From Octopus bimaculoides (lineage: Eukaryota), in contig NC_068989.1 of assembly GCF_001194135.2 (NCBI RefSeq), positions 39,141,213 through 39,181,506 of the forward strand: a stretch of 40,294 nt of DNA. Direction: 5' to 3'. Both the position numbers and the translations under genes were made by a program. Below the pieces are notes generated by a model that worked only from the letters and a program-made list of their open reading frames with translations, was not told the DNA's origin and did not search any database. Below, in pieces: positions 1-10,827 of the stretch; within the stretch, counting starts at the first letter, position 1; each line of letters opens with the position of its first letter.

Positions 1-269
1 GAGAAGAGCCGGCAAGCCAAGTGAGATCATTGCCAGTGCCCTTGGACTGGCTCTTGTGCGGGTGGCACATAAGATGCACCATTTTGAGCGTGGCTGTTGC
101 CAGTACTGCCTGACTGGCCTTCGTGCGGGTGGCACGTAAAAGCACCCATTACACTCTCTGAGTGGTTGGCGTTAGGAAGGGCATCCAGCTGTAGAAACTC
201 TGCCAAATCAGATTGGAGCCTGGTGTCAAATCTTCCAACCCATGCTAGCATGGAAAGCGGACGTTAAAC

Positions 270-311
<42 letters not shown>
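1..311 (+). mobile_element. RTE-clade LINE 3' end (last codons, 3' UTR, (GAT)14 tail)
   Basis: Codons EKSRQAK* at 1-24 match the C-terminus of the copy at 3611; UTR ends CATGCTAGCATGGAAAGCGGACGTTAAAC followed by (GAT)14 at 270-311. Confidence 0.9.
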
Positions 312-405
312 ATATCATATGTTGTGTAAGTGATTTATCATTATAATATATGAAAGTCATCACAAGCATGTTTCATATTTCAATTCTTCCATTGTTTCTT
401 CTTAG

Positions 406-537
406 GGAGCTAGTATTCTGAATATGCTACAAGAATTCTTGGGAAAGGAACGTTTCAGGAAAAGGGTATGTAATTACCTGAAAAAATTTCCATATTTAAA
501 TGCAGAAACTAAGGATTTATGGGAAATGCTCTCATCG
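406..537 (+). CDS. M1-family aminopeptidase internal exon (end of catalytic domain), phase 0-0
   Basis: Acceptor tttcttcttag, donor gtaagt, 132 nt: GASILNMLQEFLGKERFRKRVCNYLKKFPYLNAETKDLWEMLSS, matching the M1 motif (K)GASxLxML..FLG...F..G...YL....Y.NA...DLW..L. Confidence 0.93.
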
Positions 538-1504
538 GTAAGTCCCTCATCTTTCATTTTTTTTTTTTTCTTTAATTGGAAATGCTCTTTCTCTTCAGCT
601 AAAAGAATTAAATGTTGATTCAAATTGGTTGAATAAAATTTACATAACGCTTGATCTTGAAAATCCAGGTAGGAAAAATTTGTACCAGTGACTAATAAAA
701 AATTGCTAGTTTTGTGTTTTGCAGTGAAAGAATGTTTCTGACAACTCTGAGAAAATTGGACTGTTACTAAGTTTTATTGAATGAATTTTTTTCTCTTTTA
801 GGTTATTTTACAAATATGAATCCTTTAAACTGTATGGATGTCCACTTCAGCCCCTGGGATAAACAAAATGTCAGTCTTTTGGACATTGATTTATATTTTG
901 GGGAAAGATTTTTCCTGTGTTTATATGTAATTCAATATACTTCTTCTTACTGGAGAAGTTGAAAGAGGGGCTAACAATAAAGGAAATAGCTCTGGTATGC
1001 TTCCACCTACTAAAAAACAAAACAAAAAGAAAACCAATTTTCAAATACACAAAGCAAATATAATTTTGAAAAATGATAAATTAAAAAAAGAATAAAATGG
1101 GAAAATGGCAATACACAATCAGTTACATTTACAATCAGATAGTCACAATTTGATACCCAGAAATGTAAATAAAAGCACTAACAACAACAAGGATGCAACA
1201 ACAAGGATACAAACTTGTATAATATTAACAAAAATACTTAACTTTTCCTGTGCTAGCATTACAAAACAAAGAGAGGTTTTAAACATAGGTGAAATCCATT
1301 TAACAGTATAAGAATATCTCCCAGAAAACTGCTTTTTTGACCTAAGGAATTTGCTTGAGAATATGAAATGAGGAAGGTAAGATACATCTGCTTCAAGAAA
1401 ACTAGAAGTTTCCATATATCCTTCAAAAAATAGTTAAATGAAGCCAAAGTGGCCTGATATGTGTTCTGTTAACAGTAGTAGGGTATAAGGTAGTATGTGA
1501 TTGA

Positions 1505-1668
1505 CAGGGTCGGCTCAAGGTACTTGTAACTCAGGCAGTCACCTGGGGCACCATATGCTAGGGGTGCCAAGGTAGGTGTGACAAAGACAAAGAAATTTCC
1601 ATGACATCAGCTTCTACATGCTGAAGTTCAGCTTGCCCGTGGTGCCAGCAGCCCTAGGGCTAGCCATG
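1505..1668. mobile_element. Short non-autonomous hAT-like MITE
   Basis: Degenerate TIRs (cagggtcggctcaag / rc catggctagccctag) flanked by an imperfect 8-bp duplication gtgattga (1497-1504) / atgattgg (1669-1676). Confidence 0.55.
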
Positions 1669-1766
1669 ATGATTGGTGTTTAAACTATGAAACAAGAAAT
1701 CAGGCTTATTCCACAGTTGAATTAGAACAGTCACAAACAGTGAAAGAAGACATGCACCCAACACCA

Positions 1767-1915
1767 GAGCTGAAGACACCTCCGAAAGGGGGTGGCCCCG
1801 CCACGTCAAAACGGTAGAGGAGTAGGGGCCGAAACCGGACGTGGTTCCTCCTGATGATGTCTTGAGCTAACTGGATCCTATAAAGGAGCTGTTGTGGTAG
1901 CAGACCACGAAACAT
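1767..1915 (+). ncRNA. Candidate hammerhead-ribozyme-like motif cluster (possibly Penelope-like element derived)
   Basis: CTGAAGA 1770-1776, CTGATGA 1851-1857, GAAA at 1831 preceded by GGGGCC (pairs with GGCCCC 1794-1799), GAAA at 1909 preceded by hairpin GTGGT/ACCAC; several core-adjacent complementary segments. Manual folding only. Confidence 0.35.
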
Positions 1916-2155
1916 GGTTGAAATTCCTTATTCCTACATGGATAAATGTAACACATATATCACAAGGGACTTTGGTGGCAACAGTGACCCTTGGCTTGTT
2001 GCTACTTTTGTAACACTGTATGGTTAGGTAGTGAAAGTGGTGAGTGTGGAAGTGATATAAAATGGTATATAGGTCTGTATGATCTCCTCGAATGTGCAGG
2101 TCTTGATATCTCTCAAAGACCATAGTATTATTCTAGAGATGTTCCCCATTTTCAC

Positions 2156-2158
<3 letters not shown>

Positions 2159-2202
<44 letters not shown>
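2159..2202. repeat. (AG)22 microsatellite
   Basis: Direct inspection. Confidence 0.97.
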
Positions 2203-2205
<3 letters not shown>

Positions 2206-2762
2206 ATAATACTGCTGCACAGAACAGAAACCCCACTTGTTACACCTGCAAAAGACCTATTTAAGGGTTTTCTGTTCAGAGAACCTAGTAAGGCAGAGAA
2301 AGAGAGGAAGTGGGCAACAGTATATGTCAGAAGCTGGTATTTCCAGAACATCACCAGTCAGAGAAAAGTCACTTCATTCTGGGAGCCAAGAACATGGAAA
2401 CCTCTTCCCTGGTCCCAATCATAACACCAACCTATCATCTTGCAATGCTGGAAAGGTGATGAAGGAGATTTTGTTATTCTGATGAAAAAATAAACTATGA
2501 CATTCAGTCTGTTCATCTTATAACTGTAGCATTGTTATGTTAACTCAGGTCAGCCCAGATGCAATAACTATAAAGGGTCACCTTCAGATACCAGTAAACA
2601 CACATACACACACATTAGTACTAGATTTGATATTTTCAACTAAAACTCTTCAAGGTAATACTCCAGTATGGACCCAGTCCAATATTAAAAAACTAATAAA
2701 AGAGTAACATAAGAAGATACAAAACAGTTTTCTAATGCAGTTTATTGAATGTAAACTGTCAA

Positions 2763-5309
2763 TAGAGCTTCTCTTTCAGGATTTTCACATCCTGAATTCT
2801 CCACAAATTTAGCTAAGAATTGGGAATTCTTAGGATTGTATTCTATTTCACAAGAATTTCTGATTGTATTATTCAAAAACTAATTACAAATTGCAAGTCC
2901 ATCTTCAAGTGCTCAGGTGCTTCAGCAAGCAGTCTTATATGCCATTTCAAGATTACTCACAAAGACATTTTCTCAGAAACTAGCTCAATTAAAATAGAAA
3001 AAATCTCCTTCAAAAAGAATTGATCAACAAAAAAATCTTCTTTATTGAAATACAGACTAACTCTGAAGAAGAAATAGTATCCAAATTAATTGCAACTGAT
3101 AAACTTTCCATGAATGCAATAATTAAAAATGCTTTTCTTTGTAAAGCTATTACAGAAAAGATTTTGCTTTTTCCAAAAAGTGGCTCATTTAATGCAGATG
3201 ATTCAGTAACAATAGAACTGATGAATAATTGTGATTAGTGGAATAAATAAAGAAAAGACTTTGGATAATTCAGCATTTCTTTATTTAAGTGCATAGCTTT
3301 GAATGTAAATGTACACTAATCTGGTAAATTCTGGAATTTAGAAATGATTAGAATTTATGAAACTTTACCTGCTGAAAAAGAAAAATATAGTGGACATTTA
3401 GGAAAAAAAAACTTTCTGAATTCAACTTTGATTTGCGAAAAAGAATAATTGCAGTCATAACTGATGGAACAAGTGTAATGGTTGAATTTGGTTAAAATAA
3501 TGATTGTGAGCACCATGACTTTATTTGCAGTGTTCTTTACAAGATGTGAATCAAATAGTGATGAAGCTAATTCAAAAAATGACCCTTGCAGTGTTGATGA
3601 TGAGTTTGAATGGAGGAGGATAGCTGCGTGAAAAAGTGCCACACCCTAACAGTTGAGGGAACCCGTGGAAGAGGTAGGCCCAGGAAGACCTGGGCTGAGG
3701 TGGTGAGGCAAGACCTTCGTACATTGGGCCTCACCGAGGCGATGACTACGGACCGAGACCTTTGGAAATGGGCTGTGCGTGAGAAGACCCGGCAAGCCAA
3801 GTAAGATCGTTGCCAGTGCCCCTGGACTGGCTTGTGCGGGTGGCACATAAAAGACACCATTTCGAGCGTGGCCGTTTTCGTGCGGGTGACACGTAAAAGC
3901 ACCCACTACACTCTCTGAGTGGTTGGCGTTAGGAAGGGCATCCAGCTGTAGAAACTCTGCCAAATCAGACTGGAGCCTGGTGTTGCCATCCGGTTTCACC
4001 AGTCCTCAGTCAAATCGTCCAACCCATTCTAGCATGGAAAGCGGACGTTAAACGATGATGATGATGATGATGATTTGAAGATGATGAGATCAATAATATC
4101 AATCTGTATCAAATTGGATTCAGTGAAATAGTTTCTATGACAAGACTTTTCCACAGAAGAAAATTCAAGCATTGACGATGTCATTAAAAAAATTAAAACA
4201 ATTGTCAGTTAATTTCAACAACAAAAAAATGAGATACTTCAGACAGATATGTTAAAGAGGAGCATAGTCATGAATAGTAATTAATGAATAGTTTTAAAGA
4301 TAGAATGGTTTATTTTTAGTGATAGAATGAATCTTGTTACTTAAAAGTTGTATTGCAAAAGCTATGATTGAAATGTTGCATCTTCTCAACCTTACAGTCA
4401 ATGAATTTAAAGCCGTTCATGCAGTCAAATCAGATTGGAACCAATTAAAATTGGAGTTGAGAAATTAGGTGTAAAGAATACTATCTTGATCTCTGTAAAA
4501 CACATATTTGCTTTCATTTTGGAATTGAATCAACAGAATATTTCAATATTCTTCTTGCTCAATGATTGCATCCAGAAAATAATTGAACAAAAAAAGGAAT
4601 AAAATTCTGAATGAATTAATGAATTGTTTAAATAATCCTCTTTTAATTTTTGATGTATTTGACTAATTTCTAATTTTGCCATCAGAAATTTCACTGCAAA
4701 ACATCACAAAGAAACAGTATTAATGAATATTCATCTCTTTCTTGGAAGAATCCCTGAATCTAAACCCACGAAGCACCCATTCTGTCAAAAAAAGTGTCCC
4801 TACTACAAGGATTAAATGGTTCATTAATGAAGTTGTTGAAAAAATCAAATAACATTCATTCATTTTTGTACATAGAAAAAGATAAAATCAAAGAGATGAA
4901 ATGATTTGAAAAACTGGACATTGAACTGTTAACTTACTGAAACTGTTCTTCGCCCTTAGTAATATTCTTTCAACTTCTGTCAAAGTACAGATGTCGTTTA
5001 CTGCAGAGAACTCTTTGTAACAAAATTACCATCAAGTTTGAGTGACTACACCACAAACAATCTGACTGAAATAGTTTTAATATTCAAGAAAAGCATCTTT
5101 GTGTGTGTTTTGTAATTTTTACTATTTTCTATACAAGTAAACACGCATGCTTTTTAGTGGAAAAAATTTTTATGTTCATGCTTCTTACACTCTAGTGTCC
5201 AAACCAATAAAGCATTATGTTTAAGTCTATTCTTGATAACCCAGGAATTTTTGTTTTATACTTCTGATTTTCTGGAAATGACGAAGTTATTGGTAATTGC
5301 AAAGCCCTA
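2763..5309 (+). mobile_element. Decayed hAT DNA transposon with pseudogenised transposase, interrupted by an RTE LINE
   Basis: TIRs TAGAGCTT / AAGCCCTA; 8-bp TSD actgtcaa (2755-2762) / actgtcac (5310-5317). Frameshifted transposase remnants: BED-finger-like CKSIFKCSGASASSLICHFKITH, EEIVSKL, KFWNLEMIRIYETLPAEK, IIAVITDGTSVMVEFG, LEPIKIGVEKL, and dimerisation-domain-like STSV..FVTKLPSSLSD near 4970-5070. Confidence 0.88.
3611..4074 (+). mobile_element. 5'-truncated RTE LINE inserted in the hAT transposase
   Basis: ORF end EEDSCVKKCHTLTVEGTRGRGRPRKTWAEVVRQDLRTLGLTEAMTTDRDLWKWAVREKTRQAK* (typical RTE C-terminus), 3' UTR, (GAT)7 tail; flanking duplication at least tttgaa (3605-3610 / 4074-4079). 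Confidence 0.93.
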
Positions 5310-6959
5310 ACTGTCACACTTGCAATCTGTCTGATGGCCTTTTAATGTCCAATATTTGATGCATGCATGGGTAAAACAAAATTTGTTGAAACAGATTTTC
5401 TATGGTTAGACAAACTTCTCATCACCATCTCACAACACACAGTTTTCATCTAACAAGTTCCACTCACAAGGAATTGATTATGAGAACATTAAATAAGCTA
5501 TGTCACATTGTCTCAGTGTCCTATGTATAGGACACCAAATATTTCCATTTCTACTTGAAGTAAAGGAGTTTTAATCATTATTTTTATCATTTTAACCTAT
5601 TTTCAATCATCTTTAAAAATTTAAAAGTAATATTCAGAAATTTAAGTACTCTGGGACTTAATGGGTTAACCTGAGGTACATTGGAAAACAATACCCAATG
5701 GCATGGTAAAATTAGACCAAACTGGAAATACATGATTGTAAAGTGTGCTTCTTAACCACTTGGCTATTGTTGACTATTTTGACACAAACAGATGAGGGGT
5801 ATAAGATTGTGTGCCATGGATTGAGAATTCAAACACTTTGTAATTTGTTTCATTGCACATAATTGCAATAAATATTGTAATTACCTGAAATTTGAGAAAT
5901 AGTTATTAATTCTTGTGGATATGTTAGACATGGTACATTAGCTTCCTATTCCAGAAGTACATATATTTCTCATTATGACCAAGGATTGAATATAAGCTAA
6001 TAAATTTCATGTGATAGATTATGGTACTCATTGATCTGATGCCTATTTTGGTTTGATTCCTGTCTTAAGTTGTCTCTATTCCATGTCTTAGTCGATATGT
6101 CTTAGTTGATCTGGAGTAGAATTGGTTTGCATTAGAATTAATTTGATGGGTATGAGCTTCACATCTGAATAGATATGTGATAGATTTGTTATAAGTAGAT
6201 CTGAGATTGTTGTTTTCGATCTTTGGGGAGATCTGAGTGAGATTTTTTATATCTACTTCACCTGGCAACAAACCAAATAAGATTTTTCTTGTTACAAACC
6301 TGGTGACTAATATCATCTATATTTGGATTGGTGGCTTAGGTAACCAAGTCAGAAAATAGTCTATAACTGATTTGACTTCAACTTAGGATGGATGATTCCT
6401 TATTGTAGGAAAACCAACTCGGTACTAGACTTGACATACCTCATCTAACCTGAAAGATGCCTAGATCAGGCAAAATATTTAATATACCCTTGTTTCACAT
6501 TACCACCAGGTTTTTGGGCGTTCAGCTAAGTACACTCTGTTTAACGCTTTTGAAGTGCATCTGCATCCATTTCCTCCCTGTCCATATTTTTCCCTATGAA
6601 CATTAATTTGCAATATTTGGGCTGGGCACTAACTGGGCCCATCTCACCATTCTGTAAGTGCCTGTACTGTTGGTCAGAGTACTGCATCTTCTCTAACTAG
6701 CTTATATTAAACAAATGTCAAGTGTTGACCACCTACCTTATAACTTTGTTCAGTTGATGAAATTAGATATTGAAATTATGTACCCTATTTGTAATTTACT
6801 GACATTGCATACCAGTTTAATATTTTGGTTTTACAAATACATGTTCTGGGCACAACAAAGGTATCAAATAAATGAAGGATATGATATAATTTTTTAATAT
6901 AGAAACTAATAAATTCACGTTGATATTATTATTTTTTTAATTTTTTTTTTATTTTACAG

Positions 6960-6986
6960 GATTTACCTGATAAAAACAATACACAG
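6960..6986 (+). CDS. Predicted 27-nt in-frame microexon (DLPDKNNTQ) of the aminopeptidase
   Basis: Branch-like ACTAAT near 6905, long T tract, TTTTACAG acceptor, CAG/GTGAGA donor; phase 0-0 matches the flanking exons; no stop. No transcript evidence. Confidence 0.6.
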
Positions 6987-7439
6987 GTGAGATTTGTTTT
7001 TCTTTCTTTTAATTTGAGCTTCAGTTTTTAATCTTTGTATCTGCTTCTAAATCAAAAAAACAATATATATATATAAAAGTAAATAGATTAACATTTTTAA
7101 TAAATATATATCTTGTATTTGGCAAGAAACTGGAGGAGGAGATCAGTGAGGGCTTGACTAAGGTCAAAAGTGTCCGCCTTCAGTCTTTTCAGTAGCATGC
7201 TCAATATTGTCTCATTTTCCATAAACACCAGACAGAAAAACCTTCTCTTGCTTCTTCTTCTTAACCAAAGAAAAGTGATAAGATAAGTTTCACAATCGAA
7301 TCTACAAGTAGCTAGCTGTCTACACACAACAACTAATGTTCTACAAAACAAAAATCAGAATGCATGTTGAATGGATACTTTACTTCATGCTCATTTTAGA
7401 TCGGGATGTCAGTATTTTCATTCTTGTAAATTTTGTATT

Positions 7440-8150
7440 GAGCCAGCACTCACACTGACCAGCAAGTTGGTTCTCATTAATACTTGGAGTTTCCTAGAGA
7501 TGGGCATCACATTTGTCCTCCACTATTGCTCTATGAAATGCTAATGTGGAAGTTCCATTGATTCCATTGCTGAACTGGTGAAAAAATATGAGTGCCTGGC
7601 AACAGTTAAGAGGTCAAATAGTCCAGTGTTAGTCTTTGGTCCAATGTGTTGAGCTGTTGAAAAACATACCTGATGAAGAGCATTTACACTGCCACACCAG
7701 GGATCACTGAAGACATTGCAGCCTCAGTGCATCTCTTGGTATTATCAGCCTCAGTATATTAAACCCTCTGCACATAACTAGCTGACAGCGGACAAACTGC
7801 CCGATTTGTGAGCCATGCATTAGTGAGTCCTTTGCGCTCAATGTAACAGAACAGATACCTCAATATGTTCAGATGAAAACTAGTGCAAGAAAGGCAGTCA
7901 GTCAATAATTTATAATGGAGGAAAATATTTATTTCTCGGTGAGATTGGCAACCCTGCTTGTAAACTTATTACATGTCCTAAATACCAGGTGATGTGGACC
8001 AAAACAAACTCCAAGCAACTTAAATAAACTGTCCAGGATCTTAATACAACATGGAGTTGCCTCTCCAGGTATTGGATTTTCCAATTTAATCTTTACTCCT
8101 ATTTCTGTCTTGTGTACTTTTAGAATGATACTAAATACCTTCATTTATTT
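7440..8150 (-). mobile_element. Old Tx1/L1-clade LINE ORF2 fragment
   Basis: Minus-strand translation with stops gives KLLGVCFGP..TSRVANLT, RDALRLQCLQ*SL, NCCQAL, TLAFHRAIVEDKCD, homologous to the better-preserved copy at 16281-17290. Confidence 0.65.
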
Positions 8151-9036
8151 GGTATCTTACACTATTACAGTGATGTCTTCTGCCTTTGCAACATAGCTGT
8201 CTTGTGTCCCAGTTTAACTGGTATGTCTTAATACCTTTAGTGACTTGAGTGTCCTTATATACAAAAGACATGAATTAGTGACAGAAGCAGTATTAATACT
8301 GTGAGGTAATGCTTATTCCCACTTAAATGTGGATGTCCTGATAGAACAAACTTTACTACAGTAGATACCATAAGAAAACTCTCATATAGGCTTTTGGTGC
8401 CAAATTAGCCAGTGAGCTTGTTAAAAATATATATTACATAAAAAAGAAGTTGCGGGAGAACATCCTTGATGGAGTGAGTGCATGATTCAAAACAATTCCA
8501 ATGAGTAGCTATTTAATGTATCAACCAAGCAGATGTCAATGTACATAGAGGTAATCCAGCATCTGAAAATGGAGCCAGAATGAGCTGCCATGAGGAAAGC
8601 TTGCAAATAAACATACCTAGCCCCAGCAAAAGCTTTGAACTAATCAAAGTTGATTGGCAGCCTACCAAAACTAGATTTTTATCAAGCTTCATTACAGTAT
8701 GCCACATGAAGTGAAACCTGTTTTTCTTGGCTACACTACTGATGAGGAGTATCTACTTCTAGTACCTGGCCAAAATCGGGAACACAGCAGCTACCATTGT
8801 AGGTGCTACTATCGTGGGTGATATTATTATTACACTTGGTTTTACTGTAATTTTAGTATTGGCAACAGGATAGTCTTTCAATTTGTTGCTCTCTGCTGTG
8901 GGTAGAAGGCCCTTAGGAGGTTGTTACCAGTACATATATAGCACCTAGGTCTTCTACTGCCCAGTATAACATATAAGCTGGAGTTACTGCACCTTCACCT
9001 CTTATGGAAGAATACTCTTAAGCTAACTGGAAAATA

Positions 9037-9390
9037 TCATCATCATCATCATCGTTTAACGTCAGGTTTCCATGCTGTCATGGATTGAATGGTTTGACTG
9101 GGGATGGCAAGCCAGTAGGCTGCACCAGACTCCAATCTGATCTGGCGAGGTCTATAGCTGGATGCCCTTCCTAAGGCCAACCACTCCGAGAGTGTAGTGG
9201 GTGCTTTTTACATGCCACTGGCATGGGAGCCAGTCAGGCAGCACTGGCATTGACCACATTTGGATGGTGCTTTTTACATGTCACTGGCATAGGGAGCTAG
9301 TCAAGCGGCACTAGCATGGACCCCTGCTTGAATGGTGCCTATGTTCCACTAAATGGGTGTCAGTCAGGTGGCGCTGGCATCAACCACAAC
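9037..9390 (-). mobile_element. RTE 3'-UTR-derived short element, reverse orientation
   Basis: Starts with (CAT)n CGTTTAACGTC..TTTCCATGC (reverse complement of the RTE tail); contains about three ~60-bp UTR subunits. Confidence 0.8.
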
Positions 9391-9733
9391 TATAATTTTC
9401 ATTTTGATTTCAATCTTGATTTGATTTTGACTTTGATTTTCTGTATAGAAATTCAATTTGCTTGACCTAGCAACCAAGTATCCCATAACATCACGCCCAA
9501 CCATCTTAAAAGTGAAAATTCAAAAAATGGCAATACAATAATAACATGCACCCAACATACCTTGTAATGTGGTTGGTGTTAGGAAGGACATTGAGGCATA
9601 GAAACGAAGCCCAAACTGATACAAATTTGATACAAGCCCATTCGATTGAGATGTGATTTTGCAACTTATCTAGGTGAGAATTAAATCAAATTAATAAACA
9701 ATTCAGACTAGAATAACTTGTTCAACTCATACC

Positions 9734-10827
9734 CGGTGCAAGCTATGGACACATAAGAGGTGCAGCAACATCAAAGGCAGGTTAACTAGCAAGTTAGTTT
9801 TTGTTTGTGGCAGATGTTCAGGTGCAATAAAGACTGCAAACAAACAGGAAACAACTTCTATCTCATTCCAGGGTGAAAAACTAGAGGTAGTCGATAGCTT
9901 CCGCTATCTGGGCGACCAAGTTAGTAGTGGGGGTGGGTGCGCTGAAAGTGTAGCTGCTAGAATAAGAATAGCCTGGGCAAAGTTTAGAGAGCTCTTACCC
10001 CTGCTGGCGACAAAGGGACTCTCACTCAGAGTAAAAGGCAGACTGTATGACGCATGCGTACGAACAACCATGCTACATGGCAGTGANNNNNNNNNNNNNN
10101 NNNNNNNNNNNNNNNNNNNNNNNNNNNNNNNNNNNNNNNNNNNNNNNNNNNNNNNNNNNNNNNNNNNNNNNNNNNNNNNNNNNNNNNNNNNNNNNNNNNN
10201 NNNNNNNNNNNNNNNNNNNNNNNNNNNNNNNNNNNNNNNNNNNNNNNNNNNNNNNNNNNNNNNNNNNNNNNNNNNNNNNNNNNNNNNNNNNNNNNNNNNN
10301 NNNNNNNNNNNNNNNNNNNNNNNNNNNNNNNNNNNNNNNNNNNNNNNNNNNNNNNNNNNNNNNNNNNNNNNNNNNNNNNNNNNNNNNNNNNNNNNNNNNN
10401 NNNNNNNNNNNNNNNNNNNNNNNNNNNNNNNNNNNNNNNNNNNNNNNNNNNNNNNNNNNNNNNNNNNNNNNNNNNNNNNNNNNNNNNNNNNNNNNNNNNN
10501 NNNATGCACCATTTTGAGCGTGGCCGTTGCCAGTACCGCCTGACTGGCTCCTGTAGGATTTTCGAGCGAGATCGTTGCCAGTGCCCCTGGACTGGCTTGT
10601 GCGGGTGGCACATAAAAGACACCATTTCGAGCGTGGCCGTTTTCGTGCGGGTGACACGTAAAAGCACCCACTACACTCTCTGAGTGGTTGGCGTTAGGAA
10701 GGGCATCCAGCTGTAGAAACTCTGCCAAATCAGACTGGAGCCTGGTGTTGCCATCCGGTTTCACCAGTCCTCAGTCAAATCGTCCAACCCATGCTAGCAT
10801 GGAAAACGGACGTTAAACGATGATGAT
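9734..10827 (+). mobile_element. Young 5'-truncated RTE LINE spanning an assembly gap
   Basis: Stop-free frame 9734-10086: RCKLWTHKRCSNIKGRLTSKLVFVCGRC..EVVDSFRYLGDQVSSGGG..ARIRIAWAKFRELLPLL..KGRLYDACVRTTMLHGSE; 3' UTR and (GAT)3 after the gap; 5-bp duplication atacc (9729-9733 / 10826-10830). Confidence 0.93.
10087..10503. other. Assembly gap (417 N)
   Basis: N run inside the RTE copy; its size is roughly consistent with the missing RTE C-terminal coding region. Confidence 0.99.

Noticed and set aside
802-962. Acceptor-like TTTTTTCTCTTTTAG followed by an open frame (GYFTNMNPLNC...)
   Set aside because: The open frame needs phase 1 but the upstream exon ends in phase 0; no M1 similarity.
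1717-1817. Possible exon ELEQSQTVKEDMHPTPELKTPPKGGGPATSKR* after ttattccacag
   Set aside because: Open only in phase 1; in the phase-0 host frame it reads TTG AAT TAG. No homology recognised. Kept only as an alternative explanation for the GC-rich patch.
1767-1860. HDV-like or pistol ribozyme interpretation of the GC-rich patch
   Set aside because: The helix order does not fit the HDV double pseudoknot (no P1.1/J4-2), and CCACG precedes CGUGG, the reverse of pistol P1.
3567-3999. Minus-strand ORFs (MKPDGNTRLQSDL..., also at 27-251 and 9904-10764)
   Set aside because: Antisense frames of the RTE 3' UTR; they recur only because the repeat recurs.
3803-4053. CRISPR-like or prokaryotic array reading of the repeated GCCAGT..ACTGGC units
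   Set aside because: No unique spacers or cas genes; the units are internal subrepeats of a eukaryotic LINE 3' UTR.
9904-10764. Long ORFs of 150-290 aa in the track
   Set aside because: Their length comes from the N gap; the same applies to ORFs at 20245-20812, 32954-33337 and 33717-34341.
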